Shown: positions 1 to 9,610 of the stretch, piece after piece
Numbering within the stretch: position 1 is the stretch's first letter
Layout: each line of letters starts with the position of its first letter
Virus record (IMG/VR): IMGVR_UViG_3300009031_000221
Location: 288,001 to 352,000 of that record
From: a virus
Taxonomy: Duplodnaviria > Caudoviricetes
Length of the DNA stretch: 64,000 bases
Strand: one strand, 5' to 3'
Made by a program: the position numbers and the translations under genes
Notes under the pieces: generated by a model
The model's database searches: none
What the model was told of the DNA's origin: nothing
Seen by the model: the letters and a program-made list of their open reading frames with translations, nothing else

Positions 1-25
1 ATGCAAAAGCTCGAGGCCGCAAGGC

Positions 26-427
26 ATGCCTAAGACCCGTGTTGCGATTGTGGGATCCCGAAATTTCAACAACCCCGCATTAATCACGGCCTTTGTCAAC
101 AGGCTTGCCGTCAAGCTCGATGCACAGAATCTGGTTGTGGTATCGGGCGGGGCAAAGGGTGTAGACTCCTATGCGGAAGCGGCGGCTCGATCCCTTGGCA
201 TCGAAGTAGAAAGCATCAAGCCTGACTGGGCAACCTACGGGAAGCGAGCCGGGTTTCTACGGAACACCACCATTGTAGAACATGCTGATCGTATTGTGGC
301 TTTTCATGACGGAATTAGTCGGGGCACTATGGACACTGTTTGGAAAGCCTTCGATTCGGGGAAACCCGTAGTGGTTTTGAATGATGAAGGTCACATAGTC
401 CCTCAAGATAAGTGGCCCCCTCGATAG
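26..427 (+). CDS. SLOG-superfamily (DUF2493/YspA-like) nucleotide-binding protein
   Basis: VAIVGSR, VVSGGAKGVD, AGFLRN and SRGT motifs typical of the SLOG Rossmann fold. Confidence 0.8.
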   Translation: MPKTRVAIVGSRNFNNPALITAFVNRLAVKLDAQNLVVVSGGAKGVDSYAEAAARSLGIEVESIKPDWATYGKRAGFLRNTTIVEHADRIVAFHDGISRGTMDTVWKAFDSGKPVVVLNDEGHIVPQDKWPPR

Positions 428-483
428 ATTTGACATATTAATCAATATCGTTCCTCGCGTGGGGGTATAGCCATGGAGGTTTC

Positions 484-1266
484 ATGAGAGCTATTGATTT
501 GACGGGTACTCAATTTGGCAAACTTACAGCAATACGGGCAACTTCCGAAGGTTCTATTCGGAAGTGGATCTGTCGTTGTACGTGTGGTACGGAAGCGGCT
601 TATTCCACGGGGCAACTAAATTCAGGAAAGCGGCAAAGCTGCGGATGTTCTAGATTCATGAACTTGGAGGGACAGGTTTTTGGTTCATTACTTGTATTGC
701 ATGAAGATGTAAACGCCAAAACGCATAGAACCAAATTTCTATGCCAGTGTGTTTGTGGGGGAAACCGCTTAGTTGAAGGCACTAAGTTGAAAAATGGAAG
801 GGTTCAAAAGTGTCTTCTTTGTGCGAAATCTGTAGATAGATCCAGCAAATACCGATTGCCGGACGGACAAGCATTGATTAATCGGGCATTTGCTAGCTAC
901 CAACACAATGCCCGTACTAAGGGGTTAGCTTTCAATCTACCTAAGGAAATCGCGCTTGAATTATTTGCTCGTGATTGTTTCTACTGTGGTTCTCCGCCGT
1001 CAAACACCCTCACGCATCCAAAGCATAGAGGATCATTTACCTATAATGGCATAGATAGACTAGATAATTCGAAAGGGTATGAACCGGAAAATTGCGTGAC
1101 ATCTTGCCAAATATGCAACTTCATGAAGAACTCTTGGCATGTTGATGCATTTCTGACAATAGTTCATCGCATTGCCAATACGTGTTCACATGTGATAGAT
1201 AATACCGACATGCCAAAAAGCACACCCCTAACGAGACGAAAATCTAGCTGGCCTCAGCCCACTTGA
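484..1266 (+). CDS. HNH homing endonuclease with N-terminal Cys-rich DNA-binding repeats
   Basis: Two IDLTG.FG.L...W.C.C.CG...SCGC-type repeats; C-terminal CFYCG...NGIDRLDNSKGYEPENCVTSCQICNFMK. Confidence 0.8.
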   Translation: MRAIDLTGTQFGKLTAIRATSEGSIRKWICRCTCGTEAAYSTGQLNSGKRQSCGCSRFMNLEGQVFGSLLVLHEDVNAKTHRTKFLCQCVCGGNRLVEGTKLKNGRVQKCLLCAKSVDRSSKYRLPDGQALINRAFASYQHNARTKGLAFNLPKEIALELFARDCFYCGSPPSNTLTHPKHRGSFTYNGIDRLDNSKGYEPENCVTSCQICNFMKNSWHVDAFLTIVHRIANTCSHVIDNTDMPKSTPLTRRKSSWPQPT

Positions 1267-1307
1267 TTTGTGGGTATTGTTTCTGAACATCTAAAGGAAT
1301 ACAAGAC

Positions 1308-2123
1308 ATGGCACACGAACCTGACGCTATTTGCACCGGCACCTATGTACGCAGTGAATATGATGCAGAAGATCTTGGGCATCTAGTTCACGATGAATAC
1401 ACCTATTGCCCGGTTCATGATCCTAGCACATTGAAAAAGGATACGCCCCATCCGATGGATATGTCGGCACCAATCATGGTGGAGTTCCTTTGTGATGAAC
1501 TGTCCAGAACGGACAACACCATCAAATGCGATGTGAAGCAGGCTTTCAAGGATGCAGCACAAACCATCAAAGACTTGCGGGAAGAAGTGGAATATCATCG
1601 GCAAATGAATGCCGATCAAGGGCATTTGATTTGGTGGGCTCTGCGGAAGGCTTTGTACGGTAGGGAAAAGGGCGGGCCGGACTCAAATAAGATCCCCGAC
1701 ATCATCTCAGGGATGCCCCAGGAATGGGAAGTAGTTCAGGAAGCCATCAAGCGATTGGAAGATTCCGACCCTCCATTCGGTTTGGACGCCTACCAGCTTG
1801 GTTGCGCTACGACGGCAAATTATCCTGAAGCCGGAACCGGTTCCATTGCAGCCATTACCTACTGTGTTCTCGGCTTGACCGGTGAAGCCGGGGAAGTCGC
1901 AGACAAATGGAAGAAGGTCATTCGGGGTGACCATGGAGAGGGTGTATTGACTCCTGAAGTCAAGGCATTGATGATCAAGGAAGTCGGGGACACCACGTGG
2001 TACGCCGCTAGGTTGTCCGCTGAACTTGGCGCCCGCCTTTCTGAAGTAGCTCAAGGGAACTTGGATAAGCTCGCATCCCGCAAGGAACGGGGCGTAATCA
2101 AGGGTTCTGGCGACTTGCGCTGA
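1308..2123 (+). CDS. MazG-like NTP pyrophosphohydrolase fused to an unknown N-terminal domain
   Basis: C-terminal LGLTGEAGEVADKWKK...KEVGD..WY...NLDKLASRKERG. Confidence 0.8.
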   Translation: MAHEPDAICTGTYVRSEYDAEDLGHLVHDEYTYCPVHDPSTLKKDTPHPMDMSAPIMVEFLCDELSRTDNTIKCDVKQAFKDAAQTIKDLREEVEYHRQMNADQGHLIWWALRKALYGREKGGPDSNKIPDIISGMPQEWEVVQEAIKRLEDSDPPFGLDAYQLGCATTANYPEAGTGSIAAITYCVLGLTGEAGEVADKWKKVIRGDHGEGVLTPEVKALMIKEVGDTTWYAARLSAELGARLSEVAQGNLDKLASRKERGVIKGSGDLR

Positions 2124-2126
2124 TAG

Positions 2127-2153
2127 ACTTACTTCATGTGAATGCGGCGTAGA
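2127..2153 (+). promoter_or_regulatory. Bipartite promoter-like motif (ACTTACTT-N12-GCGTAGA)
   Basis: One of ten fixed-spacing copies; intergenic, upstream of PheRS. Confidence 0.75.
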
Positions 2154-2161
2154 TCCATCCC

Positions 2162-3208
2162 ATGAAGAACAACTGCACAGAACATATTTTAAGTCACATG
2201 CCACGGGCTAAACACCGTAGGCACAATCATCCTATCGAGATTGTCAAGCGTTTGGTGGCGGAACAATTCCCGGGATTCTTCCTGAGGGATACGTTCTCTC
2301 CTTTCGTTTCAGTCGTAGATTGTTTCGATCGTCTGCGGATTCCCGCAGACCACCCTTCTCGAAGTATGTCCGATACGTACTACTTCGATGATGAAACTGT
2401 TCTCCGTACACACATGACGGCGCACACTGTTCCGATGGCTGACACTCGTAAAGGGGAGGGTCTAGCATCTTTTCTCACCTGTGGCGAGGTCTACCGTCGG
2501 GACGAGATCGACCGGACACACTATCCTGTGTTCCATCAACTGGATGGCTTCTGCGTCACGCCCAATGCTGCCGAGGATCTCCTAGCACGATTGCTTGGTG
2601 TTGCCAAGGCTTTGTTCCCCAATGTCCCCGTTCGAGTCCTGCACGAAGGGGTAGATGCGGGGATCTACTTCCCGTTCACGACACAATCCATCGAGATTGA
2701 AGTGGAACTCAACGGTCAATGGGTTGAAATCCTGGGGGGTGGTGTCGTTCATCCTGACATCATGAAGGCCATCGGGCGCAAAGGTGAAGAGGCCTGGGCG
2801 TTCGGTATGGGGTTGGAACGAATCGCCATGGCCATCTGGGACATTCCAGATATTCGTCTGTTCTGGTCGATAGACTCGAGGTTCCTTGATCAGTTCAGCT
2901 ACGAATCAAGGGCACCATTCAAGCCGTTCTCGAATCATCCCGTATGCTACAAGGACATTGCCTTCTGGTATGACGGTGAAATCCAGGACAATGACCTGTA
3001 TGAGATTGTTCGGGGTATTGCCCCGGACATCATCGAACAGATCAAGCTGCTGGATACATTCACGCATCCGAAGACAGGGCGGAAGTCCAAGTGCTATCGG
3101 ATGGATTTCCGCGATCTCTACCGGACATTGACCAATATAGAAGTCAATGATATCAATGACAAGATTCGAGAGGCAGCGGCATTGACTTTGAATGTCGAAC
3201 TGCGGTAG
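2162..3208 (+). CDS. pheS: Monomeric (mitochondrial/organellar-type) phenylalanyl-tRNA synthetase
   Basis: Class II motif 2 YRRDEIDRTHYPVFHQ, motif 3 WAFGMGLERIAM..DIPDIRLFW, then ferredoxin-fold anticodon-binding domain (KDIAFW...HPKTG..S.CYR...RTLT..EVN). Confidence 0.92.
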   Translation: MKNNCTEHILSHMPRAKHRRHNHPIEIVKRLVAEQFPGFFLRDTFSPFVSVVDCFDRLRIPADHPSRSMSDTYYFDDETVLRTHMTAHTVPMADTRKGEGLASFLTCGEVYRRDEIDRTHYPVFHQLDGFCVTPNAAEDLLARLLGVAKALFPNVPVRVLHEGVDAGIYFPFTTQSIEIEVELNGQWVEILGGGVVHPDIMKAIGRKGEEAWAFGMGLERIAMAIWDIPDIRLFWSIDSRFLDQFSYESRAPFKPFSNHPVCYKDIAFWYDGEIQDNDLYEIVRGIAPDIIEQIKLLDTFTHPKTGRKSKCYRMDFRDLYRTLTNIEVNDINDKIREAAALTLNVELR

Positions 3209-3215
3209 CCCTTAG

Positions 3216-3242
3216 ACTTACTTCTGCATGATTGAGCGTAGA
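3216..3242 (+). promoter_or_regulatory. Bipartite promoter-like motif (ACTTACTT-N12-GCGTAGA)
   Basis: Exact copy between PheRS stop and HD gene. Confidence 0.75.
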
Positions 3243-3280
3243 TGATGTAGGACCTGCAATATGCGGGCGTATAGGAATCT

Positions 3281-3865
3281 ATGACCCAGTTCTCATTCAC
3301 ACTCTCGATCGCATCCCTTGCCCGAACCTTCGCCATCTGGGCGCATGGGGACCAGAAATATGGGGACTTGCCATACGTCCATCACTTGGACGAGGTCGTG
3401 GAGGTTCTCAAGGAGTACGGCTACACGGACGATGATTCGTTGGCGGCGGGCTACCTCCATGATGTGCTGGAGGACAGCAAGATTGCCCGCTACGATGACC
3501 TCGGCTTCGTGTCGCAGGAAGTTCGCTACGCCCTGATGTTTTGCAAGGATGCGGAGGGTCACAACCGCGTCACCCGCAAGGCCGCGACCTATGAGCGATG
3601 CCATCGGGATATCGGGCGGTGGTTGCTGAAGCCCCAGTGCCTGACCTTCGCCCAGGATCCTGATTCCATGGCGTACATCCCCCTTGCCATCCGTACGAAG
3701 GTCGCTGACCGCATCGCCAACGTCCGTAGCAGCAAGGGCACGAAGTCGAGCCTGTTCCACATGTACAAGAAGGAGCGGGACGCATTTCGCTTGGGCTTGT
3801 ACACTCCCGGCGTTTGTGACGCCATGTGGGTCGAATACGATCAACTCCTGGGGGCGCAGGGATGA
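3281..3865 (+). CDS. HD-domain protein, small alarmone hydrolase (SpoT/Mesh1)-like
   Basis: AH.DQKY...PY..HL..V, LHDVLED, KVADRIAN motifs. Confidence 0.8.
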   Translation: MTQFSFTLSIASLARTFAIWAHGDQKYGDLPYVHHLDEVVEVLKEYGYTDDDSLAAGYLHDVLEDSKIARYDDLGFVSQEVRYALMFCKDAEGHNRVTRKAATYERCHRDIGRWLLKPQCLTFAQDPDSMAYIPLAIRTKVADRIANVRSSKGTKSSLFHMYKKERDAFRLGLYTPGVCDAMWVEYDQLLGAQG

Positions 3866-4770
3866 ACGGCATTAACCCCAAGGACATCCCGTACCAGTTC
3901 TCCCAGGTAACAGGGGGACATGCGGAACATGTATCCAAAACGGTGGTGAATCCGGAAGCCCGCTTCCGGGCTCATCCCGTTGGGGCTGCCTACATCCACA
4001 GCTACTATGGCCCCTATGGTTCCAATGATCGCGATTCATTCCGATGGGATGACCACTGGAATCATGTTGACCCTAAGATCTTGCTTGCGGTCTTCACCAT
4101 GGAAGAGTGCTGCCGTCTTTGGACGGATTGCATCTTCATGTCCGACATGTCCAAGTACTGCGAAGATGAACACACGCTCCTGTGGAAAATCAACAATATC
4201 CACTGGCAGTTTGGGTGCCAGCGTAGCTGGAATCTCCTTGTGCGGAACTTGGATGCATTGAAGCGGCTGGACTTCGGCGTGCCGGGGTTTGACGTGCGAA
4301 TCACGCATCCGTGCTCCATCAACATGGTAGGCAGGGCTGCACATGGCCCCTACCTGTACTTGGATGGGGCGCTTGGATTGCTGTTGTACTACAAGGGGGA
4401 ACACGTCCTGACGGTTGGTTTCTCGGTGAATACCGATGGGGTCTACATCGCACAAGTACAACTCCGGCAGAAGAAGGGCAACCGTTTCATCTACAAGCTT
4501 CCCGATCATTACATGGACATGGTATTGGACATGTTCAGGCGTGCTTTCCATGAGGATGACCTGTGGCTCGTGGAAGGGAAAAGCGCTGCTGCCGCAGTGG
4601 TGCGATCCTACGGCAACGGCCCGCATAACGTCACGCCAGAAGTCGAACAACGTATCGTATCGTTGTACAATCGCCCGTTGAGTTCATTCAACAGGACAGA
4701 GCCCGCTTATCAGAGTGGGCGTAATTACACCCGGTTAGTCCCGGCCAAGACCCAAGCACTCGCCGCTTAG
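3862..4770 (+). CDS. Hypothetical protein, possibly DUF535/VirK-like in its C-terminal half
   Basis: Long ORF; ATG 3862 overlaps upstream TGA; LTVGFS...VYIAQVQ segment loosely resembles DUF535. Confidence 0.5.
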   Translation: MNGINPKDIPYQFSQVTGGHAEHVSKTVVNPEARFRAHPVGAAYIHSYYGPYGSNDRDSFRWDDHWNHVDPKILLAVFTMEECCRLWTDCIFMSDMSKYCEDEHTLLWKINNIHWQFGCQRSWNLLVRNLDALKRLDFGVPGFDVRITHPCSINMVGRAAHGPYLYLDGALGLLLYYKGEHVLTVGFSVNTDGVYIAQVQLRQKKGNRFIYKLPDHYMDMVLDMFRRAFHEDDLWLVEGKSAAAAVVRSYGNGPHNVTPEVEQRIVSLYNRPLSSFNRTEPAYQSGRNYTRLVPAKTQALAA

Positions 4771-4780
4771 GAGATTCGTC

Positions 4781-5041
4781 ATGATCAGTTCATTGCTGCC
4801 TGTCAAGGCATTCGATCAGTACACCGTTGCCGAACAAGAGTTCATCGATCAGAGGACTCGTCAGTTGACGACCAACTGGGCGGATCAACAAATCCAGTTC
4901 GGAACCATGCCCAAGGATGATGGCAGGGGGTTGGGATTGGTCTACTTCGAGTACGCCAAAGCCAAGAAGTGGCTCAATGCTGACGGCACCAAGTTGACTT
5001 CCGCCGGCCTCATGGTTGCCGCCCGCTTCCTGAAGCGCTAG
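4781..5041 (+). CDS. Hypothetical protein
   Basis: GGAG RBS, co-directional with upstream operon. Confidence 0.6.
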   Translation: MISSLLPVKAFDQYTVAEQEFIDQRTRQLTTNWADQQIQFGTMPKDDGRGLGLVYFEYAKAKKWLNADGTKLTSAGLMVAARFLKR

Positions 5042-5107
5042 GTCGTAATTCATGGACAAGGTAATCCTCCTCGCCGTTGTGTACCGGGGTCAATCAACAT
5101 TGCAAGC

Positions 5108-5308
5108 ATGAGGAAATTCTCCTGCTTGGAATCATTGAAGGACTATATTGAAACGAATCAAGGGCCCGCATCTTCCACCCTGGTAGCCAGCTTGCATCAT
5201 CGTAGATTAGGCAGCTGGTCGGCTTGGTGGATCGAAGACGGGCACCGGAATATCGAATCCAAGCGTTTGACCCTTGATGAAATGAAGCAAGTCGGCCTTC
5301 GCAGCTAG
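5108..5308 (+). CDS. Hypothetical protein
   Basis: Short ORF filling the gap before a convergent gene. Confidence 0.4.
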   Translation: MRKFSCLESLKDYIETNQGPASSTLVASLHHRRLGSWSAWWIEDGHRNIESKRLTLDEMKQVGLRS

Positions 5309-6105
5309 GCTACTTCGACATGTGTTATCCGTACCTTGTGTGGATTGAACATTGCCACTTCGGGCACGTTATCTACAAGACCTGTCCCATAGTAGACAAC
5401 ACAGTCAAACCCCTTCTTCCTAGCAGCCCTTGCCTGTGCCCGGTTCGCAGTGACCAAGGTATTTTCGGCACGGACTGAAACCGTGTATACCTTCGGACGA
5501 TACTTGTCCGCGTCCAAACCTGCTTCTTCAAGTTGATCATACGCCCAATCGGGCATGCCTGTGCTTTGGCTGAACAAAGATAACGCCCCATCATCCTCTA
5601 TGGATGACTTGAGTTTGCTCCCGATGATGAAACGGCAAATGTCGGCAATTGTATTCGGGTCTACCCCGCCAGCTTCCTTCTCGAGGGCTTCTCCGTAATC
5701 GTCCCCTGGGCCAAGTCCGAAGTAATCCCGAGTCCAAATATCCCAAGCATCATCCCCATGCGTGTATAGCTGTTGCATGAAAGCGCCGGCGGCGTGGTTC
5801 TTCCTCTTCAAGTCATCAATGATAGATGGTTCGAACCCGATGTTCCTGTTAGCGTTGGCATACTTTTCGGCTACATGTTTGGAAGGAGTCAAGAATATGC
5901 CGACACCATAGTAGCTGTCCACTAGCTCCTGACGGCTCTTTTGCAAGTCGAATGTCTGAAATGTCTTGGTTGTCCCATGATAGAGGGTCACGTTTTGTGA
6001 TTCTGTCAAGCCTTCAAGGCCCCAATCTTCCAACCTGAATGTCCTAGCAGCGTGGAATGCCGAAGCTATGAATCTGGATGCGACGTTTTGATACGAAGGT
6101 CTCAT
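5305..6105 (-). CDS. ADP-ribosyltransferase-fold protein (ART-PolyVal-like)
   Basis: LYHGT...F..FD, G.GIFLT....A..YA and GFD.VV...PEVAMFNP motifs. Confidence 0.7.
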   Translation of the reverse strand: MRPSYQNVASRFIASAFHAARTFRLEDWGLEGLTESQNVTLYHGTTKTFQTFDLQKSRQELVDSYYGVGIFLTPSKHVAEKYANANRNIGFEPSIIDDLKRKNHAAGAFMQQLYTHGDDAWDIWTRDYFGLGPGDDYGEALEKEAGGVDPNTIADICRFIIGSKLKSSIEDDGALSLFSQSTGMPDWAYDQLEEAGLDADKYRPKVYTVSVRAENTLVTANRAQARAARKKGFDCVVYYGTGLVDNVPEVAMFNPHKVRITHVEVA

Positions 6106-6130
6106 ACCTACTCTGGTCTATAGGGTCTCT

Positions 6131-6157
6131 ACTTACTTTTCCCACGGGATGCGTAGC
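6131..6157 (+). promoter_or_regulatory. Bipartite promoter-like motif (ACTTACTT-N12-GCGTAGC)
   Basis: Upstream of rIIA. Confidence 0.7.
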
Positions 6158-6194
6158 TAGGATGTATGACCAATGATCCTAAAGGAAGTGCCGG

Positions 6195-8291
6195 ATGCAA
6201 GTTGCCCTAAGCAATCGTGATGTCAAATCAAGTGGTGTAGAAGCTCGTGGTACCTTTGGCATTAGCCACAAGGCACAAGCCCACATCATGACCATCTTGC
6301 GGGATACATTATATTCCGACAAGGTTTTGGCAGTCCTTCGTGAGTATGCTTCGAATGCCTGGGATGCACACAAGCAGTCCGGTAAGGGCCACATTCCTAT
6401 CGAAGTCATGATGCCTACAGCAATGAGCCCGAACTTGGTCATTCGTGACTTTGGTATGGGCATGTCGGAAGACACGGTATTCAACGTGTTCACGCAATAC
6501 GGAGACAGCACTAAGCGCGAGACGAATGACGCTGTGGGCATGATGGGCATCGGTAGCAAGTCCGGCTTCGCCTACTCCGATTCCTTCACGGTGACCTCGT
6601 GGCATGACGGAACCAAGAAAGTCTACATCGCTGTCCTGGATGATTCCGATGTCGGCGAGATCAACAAGATGCACGAGGAACCCTGCGACTTCGATGAAGT
6701 CGGTGTGGAGATCCAGATCGCCGTCCGCCCGGCGGACATCTATGAGTTTCAACGCAAGGCGATCAAGTTGTTCCCGTACTTCTACCCAACCCCCAAGATC
6801 AACTTGGAGATGCCCAAGTACAACCGGAACGTGACAACCCACGGATTCTTTTCCATCAACCGGGAAGAAGATGGGTGGATTGCCGTTCAGGGGTGCATCC
6901 CTTACCGTATCAATATCGCTCAGGTTCAGCCCGAGTTGGAAGCTGCCGGAATTTGGGACGCCCTGTCCCGTACCACCGGCGGATTGTTCTTCCCTATCGG
7001 CGGCGTTCAGGTCAGCGCTTCCCGTGAGGAACTCAAGTACAGCACTTCAACCAAGAAGGCAATCGTTTCCAAATTCACGGAAATGATTGAGTCCTACATC
7101 GCAGACGTGCTTGAAGTCCTGAACAAGGATGATCTTTCCGATTGGGAAAAGCGGCAGAAGGCTTGCTTCATGGAACATACCATGAAGATCGGTATCCCTG
7201 CCAAGTACAAGGATTGGGCACGCTATCAGGTGAACCTCTGGGGTCAAGGGACGGAGCATAAGGAACCGCAAACATTCATTCTTCTTCGTGGCAACTCCCA
7301 AACTAACAGTATCGGTGTGGATGTTCGGACTCGATTCGTCATCAAGGATGATCCTCGTTCCATGGAAGGGTTTCGGTTGGAACCCTCCGATGTAGTAGTT
7401 CGTTCTTTGCGGGATGCGCCTATTGATGCTGTGGTCGATGAATTGGAAACCTACATCGCTTTGAATCACCTGACGGGCATTCGGATTGCCCGAATCTCGG
7501 ATATGAATTGGAACCAGCCTTACCGATCACAGGCAATGCAAAGGAAGCAACAAGGTCCCGTCAACCAGAAGTACTTGGTCAAGAGCTTCCAGCTAAAGGA
7601 TGACACGCTCAACCGTTCCACGCTGTCTGAAAACTGGGATATTGTAACCCGGGAACCAACGGATGAGGACGTGTTTGTTATCATTGAGGCTTTCAAGGTT
7701 CCGGACGTGTCTGACTTTTACCGGCAAATGGTGAAAGATCGGGAAGCTGCCAAGGCCTTGGGCTTCACCATGCCCACGGTCTACGGCTATAAATCGACGG
7801 AGAAGACCCCCATCAAGGTCAAGGATTGCAAGGGCACGGAATACACGAAGTGGCGTGAGAAGTTCATCATGGACATGATGACTCCGAAGCGGATTGAAGT
7901 CCTTCAGCAACTCCGGTGGTCTACGTTGTTCCACGATATGCACGCCTGGGAGATTGCAGACCGCGGGGATCTTCCTGTGATTACTGCGGATCTGCGGAAG
8001 AACCTGGGAGAGCATCCTGTGACTCTCATGTTCGAGAAGCACGCGAAGTCCAAGGTGCTTCTCGCGGGATTGCCCCACGGCATTTCCACACACCTGTTGC
8101 ATCTGTTGGCAGGCGTGACATTAGAAGTCCCTTTTGACGGGCGTAATGCCTACAAGGCTGTGACAGACAACTATCCCCTCATCGCAGTAAGCGGCGGGGT
8201 TGCCCTCCTCTGCAAGGAACATCGTTTGCACTGGATGAATTACATCAAGCTGGTTGATCAGGTAGCTGCAATCGCTGCCCATAATGTGTAG
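6195..8291 (+). CDS. rIIA: rIIA-like protein (N-terminal GHKL ATPase)
   Basis: LYSDKVLAVLREYASNAWDAH, IRDFG.GMS, STKR..ND..G..GIGSKS.FAYSDSFTV; adjacent to rIIB. Confidence 0.88.
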   Translation: MQVALSNRDVKSSGVEARGTFGISHKAQAHIMTILRDTLYSDKVLAVLREYASNAWDAHKQSGKGHIPIEVMMPTAMSPNLVIRDFGMGMSEDTVFNVFTQYGDSTKRETNDAVGMMGIGSKSGFAYSDSFTVTSWHDGTKKVYIAVLDDSDVGEINKMHEEPCDFDEVGVEIQIAVRPADIYEFQRKAIKLFPYFYPTPKINLEMPKYNRNVTTHGFFSINREEDGWIAVQGCIPYRINIAQVQPELEAAGIWDALSRTTGGLFFPIGGVQVSASREELKYSTSTKKAIVSKFTEMIESYIADVLEVLNKDDLSDWEKRQKACFMEHTMKIGIPAKYKDWARYQVNLWGQGTEHKEPQTFILLRGNSQTNSIGVDVRTRFVIKDDPRSMEGFRLEPSDVVVRSLRDAPIDAVVDELETYIALNHLTGIRIARISDMNWNQPYRSQAMQRKQQGPVNQKYLVKSFQLKDDTLNRSTLSENWDIVTREPTDEDVFVIIEAFKVPDVSDFYRQMVKDREAAKALGFTMPTVYGYKSTEKTPIKVKDCKGTEYTKWREKFIMDMMTPKRIEVLQQLRWSTLFHDMHAWEIADRGDLPVITADLRKNLGEHPVTLMFEKHAKSKVLLAGLPHGISTHLLHLLAGVTLEVPFDGRNAYKAVTDNYPLIAVSGGVALLCKEHRLHWMNYIKLVDQVAAIAAHNV

Positions 8292-8327
8292 AACATAACG
8301 GACCCCTATTACAACTCAGAGGACACC

Positions 8328-9278
8328 ATGACCAAGATTTCATATACCATCACCAACGAATCCATCAGCGTCTTTTATGAAGGCCAGATGCACACCGTCC
8401 AGAACGGGACGCCCAACTTCAAGGGGCTGCAGCAGGCAATTATCAACGATGACTTCGATAGCATCCCCAAGTTCCTCACGGTTGCCAAGACCGTCGAGTC
8501 ATGGGCTCAGGGAGACTTCAAGGTCGAAGGCGAGAAAGTCCTGTACCAGGGCGAGGAACTCCCAAGCGAACTGAATGCCCGCATCCTTGCAATGGCCGCT
8601 CAGGGTTCCGACCCCAAGGGATTGCTGAAGTTCTGGGAGCGCCTGCAGTTGAACCCCTCCATGCGTTCCGTGGAGCAGCTCTACACGTTCCTCGTTCACG
8701 AGGGTATCCCCATCACCGATGATGGCTACTTCCTCGCCTACAAGGGCGTCCGCCATGACTACAAGGATGTCCACTCTGGCACGATCGACAACTCCCCGGG
8801 ATCTGAGCCCTTCATGGCACGTAACAAGATCAGTGATGATCCCCGCCAGCCTTGTCATCAGGGATTGCACGTTGGCGCCTTGCGTTACGCCAAGAGCTTC
8901 GGCCCTACGGTAGTCATCTGCCAGGTAGACCCGGCAGACGTTGTTTGCGTCCCCTACGATTCCAGCGCGGAAAAGATGCGGGTATGCCGGTACAAGGTCA
9001 TCGGAAACTACGGTTCCAAGCTGGATAACGTATCCATCGACGCGGCGGACTTGCCTCAGGTTGACGCCAAGACGCCCAAGGCTTCCAAGGCTGCCAAGGG
9101 AAAGCCTGTCAGCACCTCGAAGTTCGCCATCATGTCGGAAGCGGATCTCATGGAGCAGCACCTTGATGCACTCCGTAGCTACGCTGCCAATGAACTCAAG
9201 ATCGTGGGCGCATCGAAGATCCCCGGTGGCCGGTTGATGCTGGTCAAGCGGATCATCGAAGTTCGCGGCGAGGCGTAA
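8328..9278 (+). CDS. rIIB: rIIB-like protein
   Basis: KFWERL..NPS.RSVEQLY.FL, ITDDGYFLAYKGV, C..GLHVG, VDPADVV.VP.D....K.RVC.YKV. Confidence 0.88.
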   Translation: MTKISYTITNESISVFYEGQMHTVQNGTPNFKGLQQAIINDDFDSIPKFLTVAKTVESWAQGDFKVEGEKVLYQGEELPSELNARILAMAAQGSDPKGLLKFWERLQLNPSMRSVEQLYTFLVHEGIPITDDGYFLAYKGVRHDYKDVHSGTIDNSPGSEPFMARNKISDDPRQPCHQGLHVGALRYAKSFGPTVVICQVDPADVVCVPYDSSAEKMRVCRYKVIGNYGSKLDNVSIDAADLPQVDAKTPKASKAAKGKPVSTSKFAIMSEADLMEQHLDALRSYAANELKIVGASKIPGGRLMLVKRIIEVRGEA

Positions 9279-9281
9279 GTC

Positions 9282-9608
9282 ATGGCATCTAAATGGGACG
9301 GCAAAATTCCATTTGATGCAAATGGACGCCTATTGCCATACATTGACATGTACCATTGCAAAAACAACCTTGTGACTTGGAAAGACAACTTCAAGTTTGG
9401 TGCCGCTCTGCATGTGTCACATGCTTCAAGGGGTATGTATGCTGTCAATATCATCATGAAGGATGATGCAGACATACCGTATCCTTTGTCCCTTGCGGAT
9501 TTCATGAAGGTGGTGCCCAAGATGACGTTAGGGCGCATTGTAGCTCAGTGGACGTACGCCAAACGGGGTCAAAACTTCTTCTGCACTCCCGTCGAAGGAA
9601 CCTACTAA
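9282..9608 (+). CDS. Hypothetical protein
   Basis: Coupled to rIIB. Confidence 0.65.
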   Translation: MASKWDGKIPFDANGRLLPYIDMYHCKNNLVTWKDNFKFGAALHVSHASRGMYAVNIIMKDDADIPYPLSLADFMKVVPKMTLGRIVAQWTYAKRGQNFFCTPVEGTY

Positions 9609-9610
9609 CC

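Noticed and set aside
3862-4770. Confident DUF535/VirK assignment
   Set aside because: Resemblance limited to a short segment; left as hypothetical
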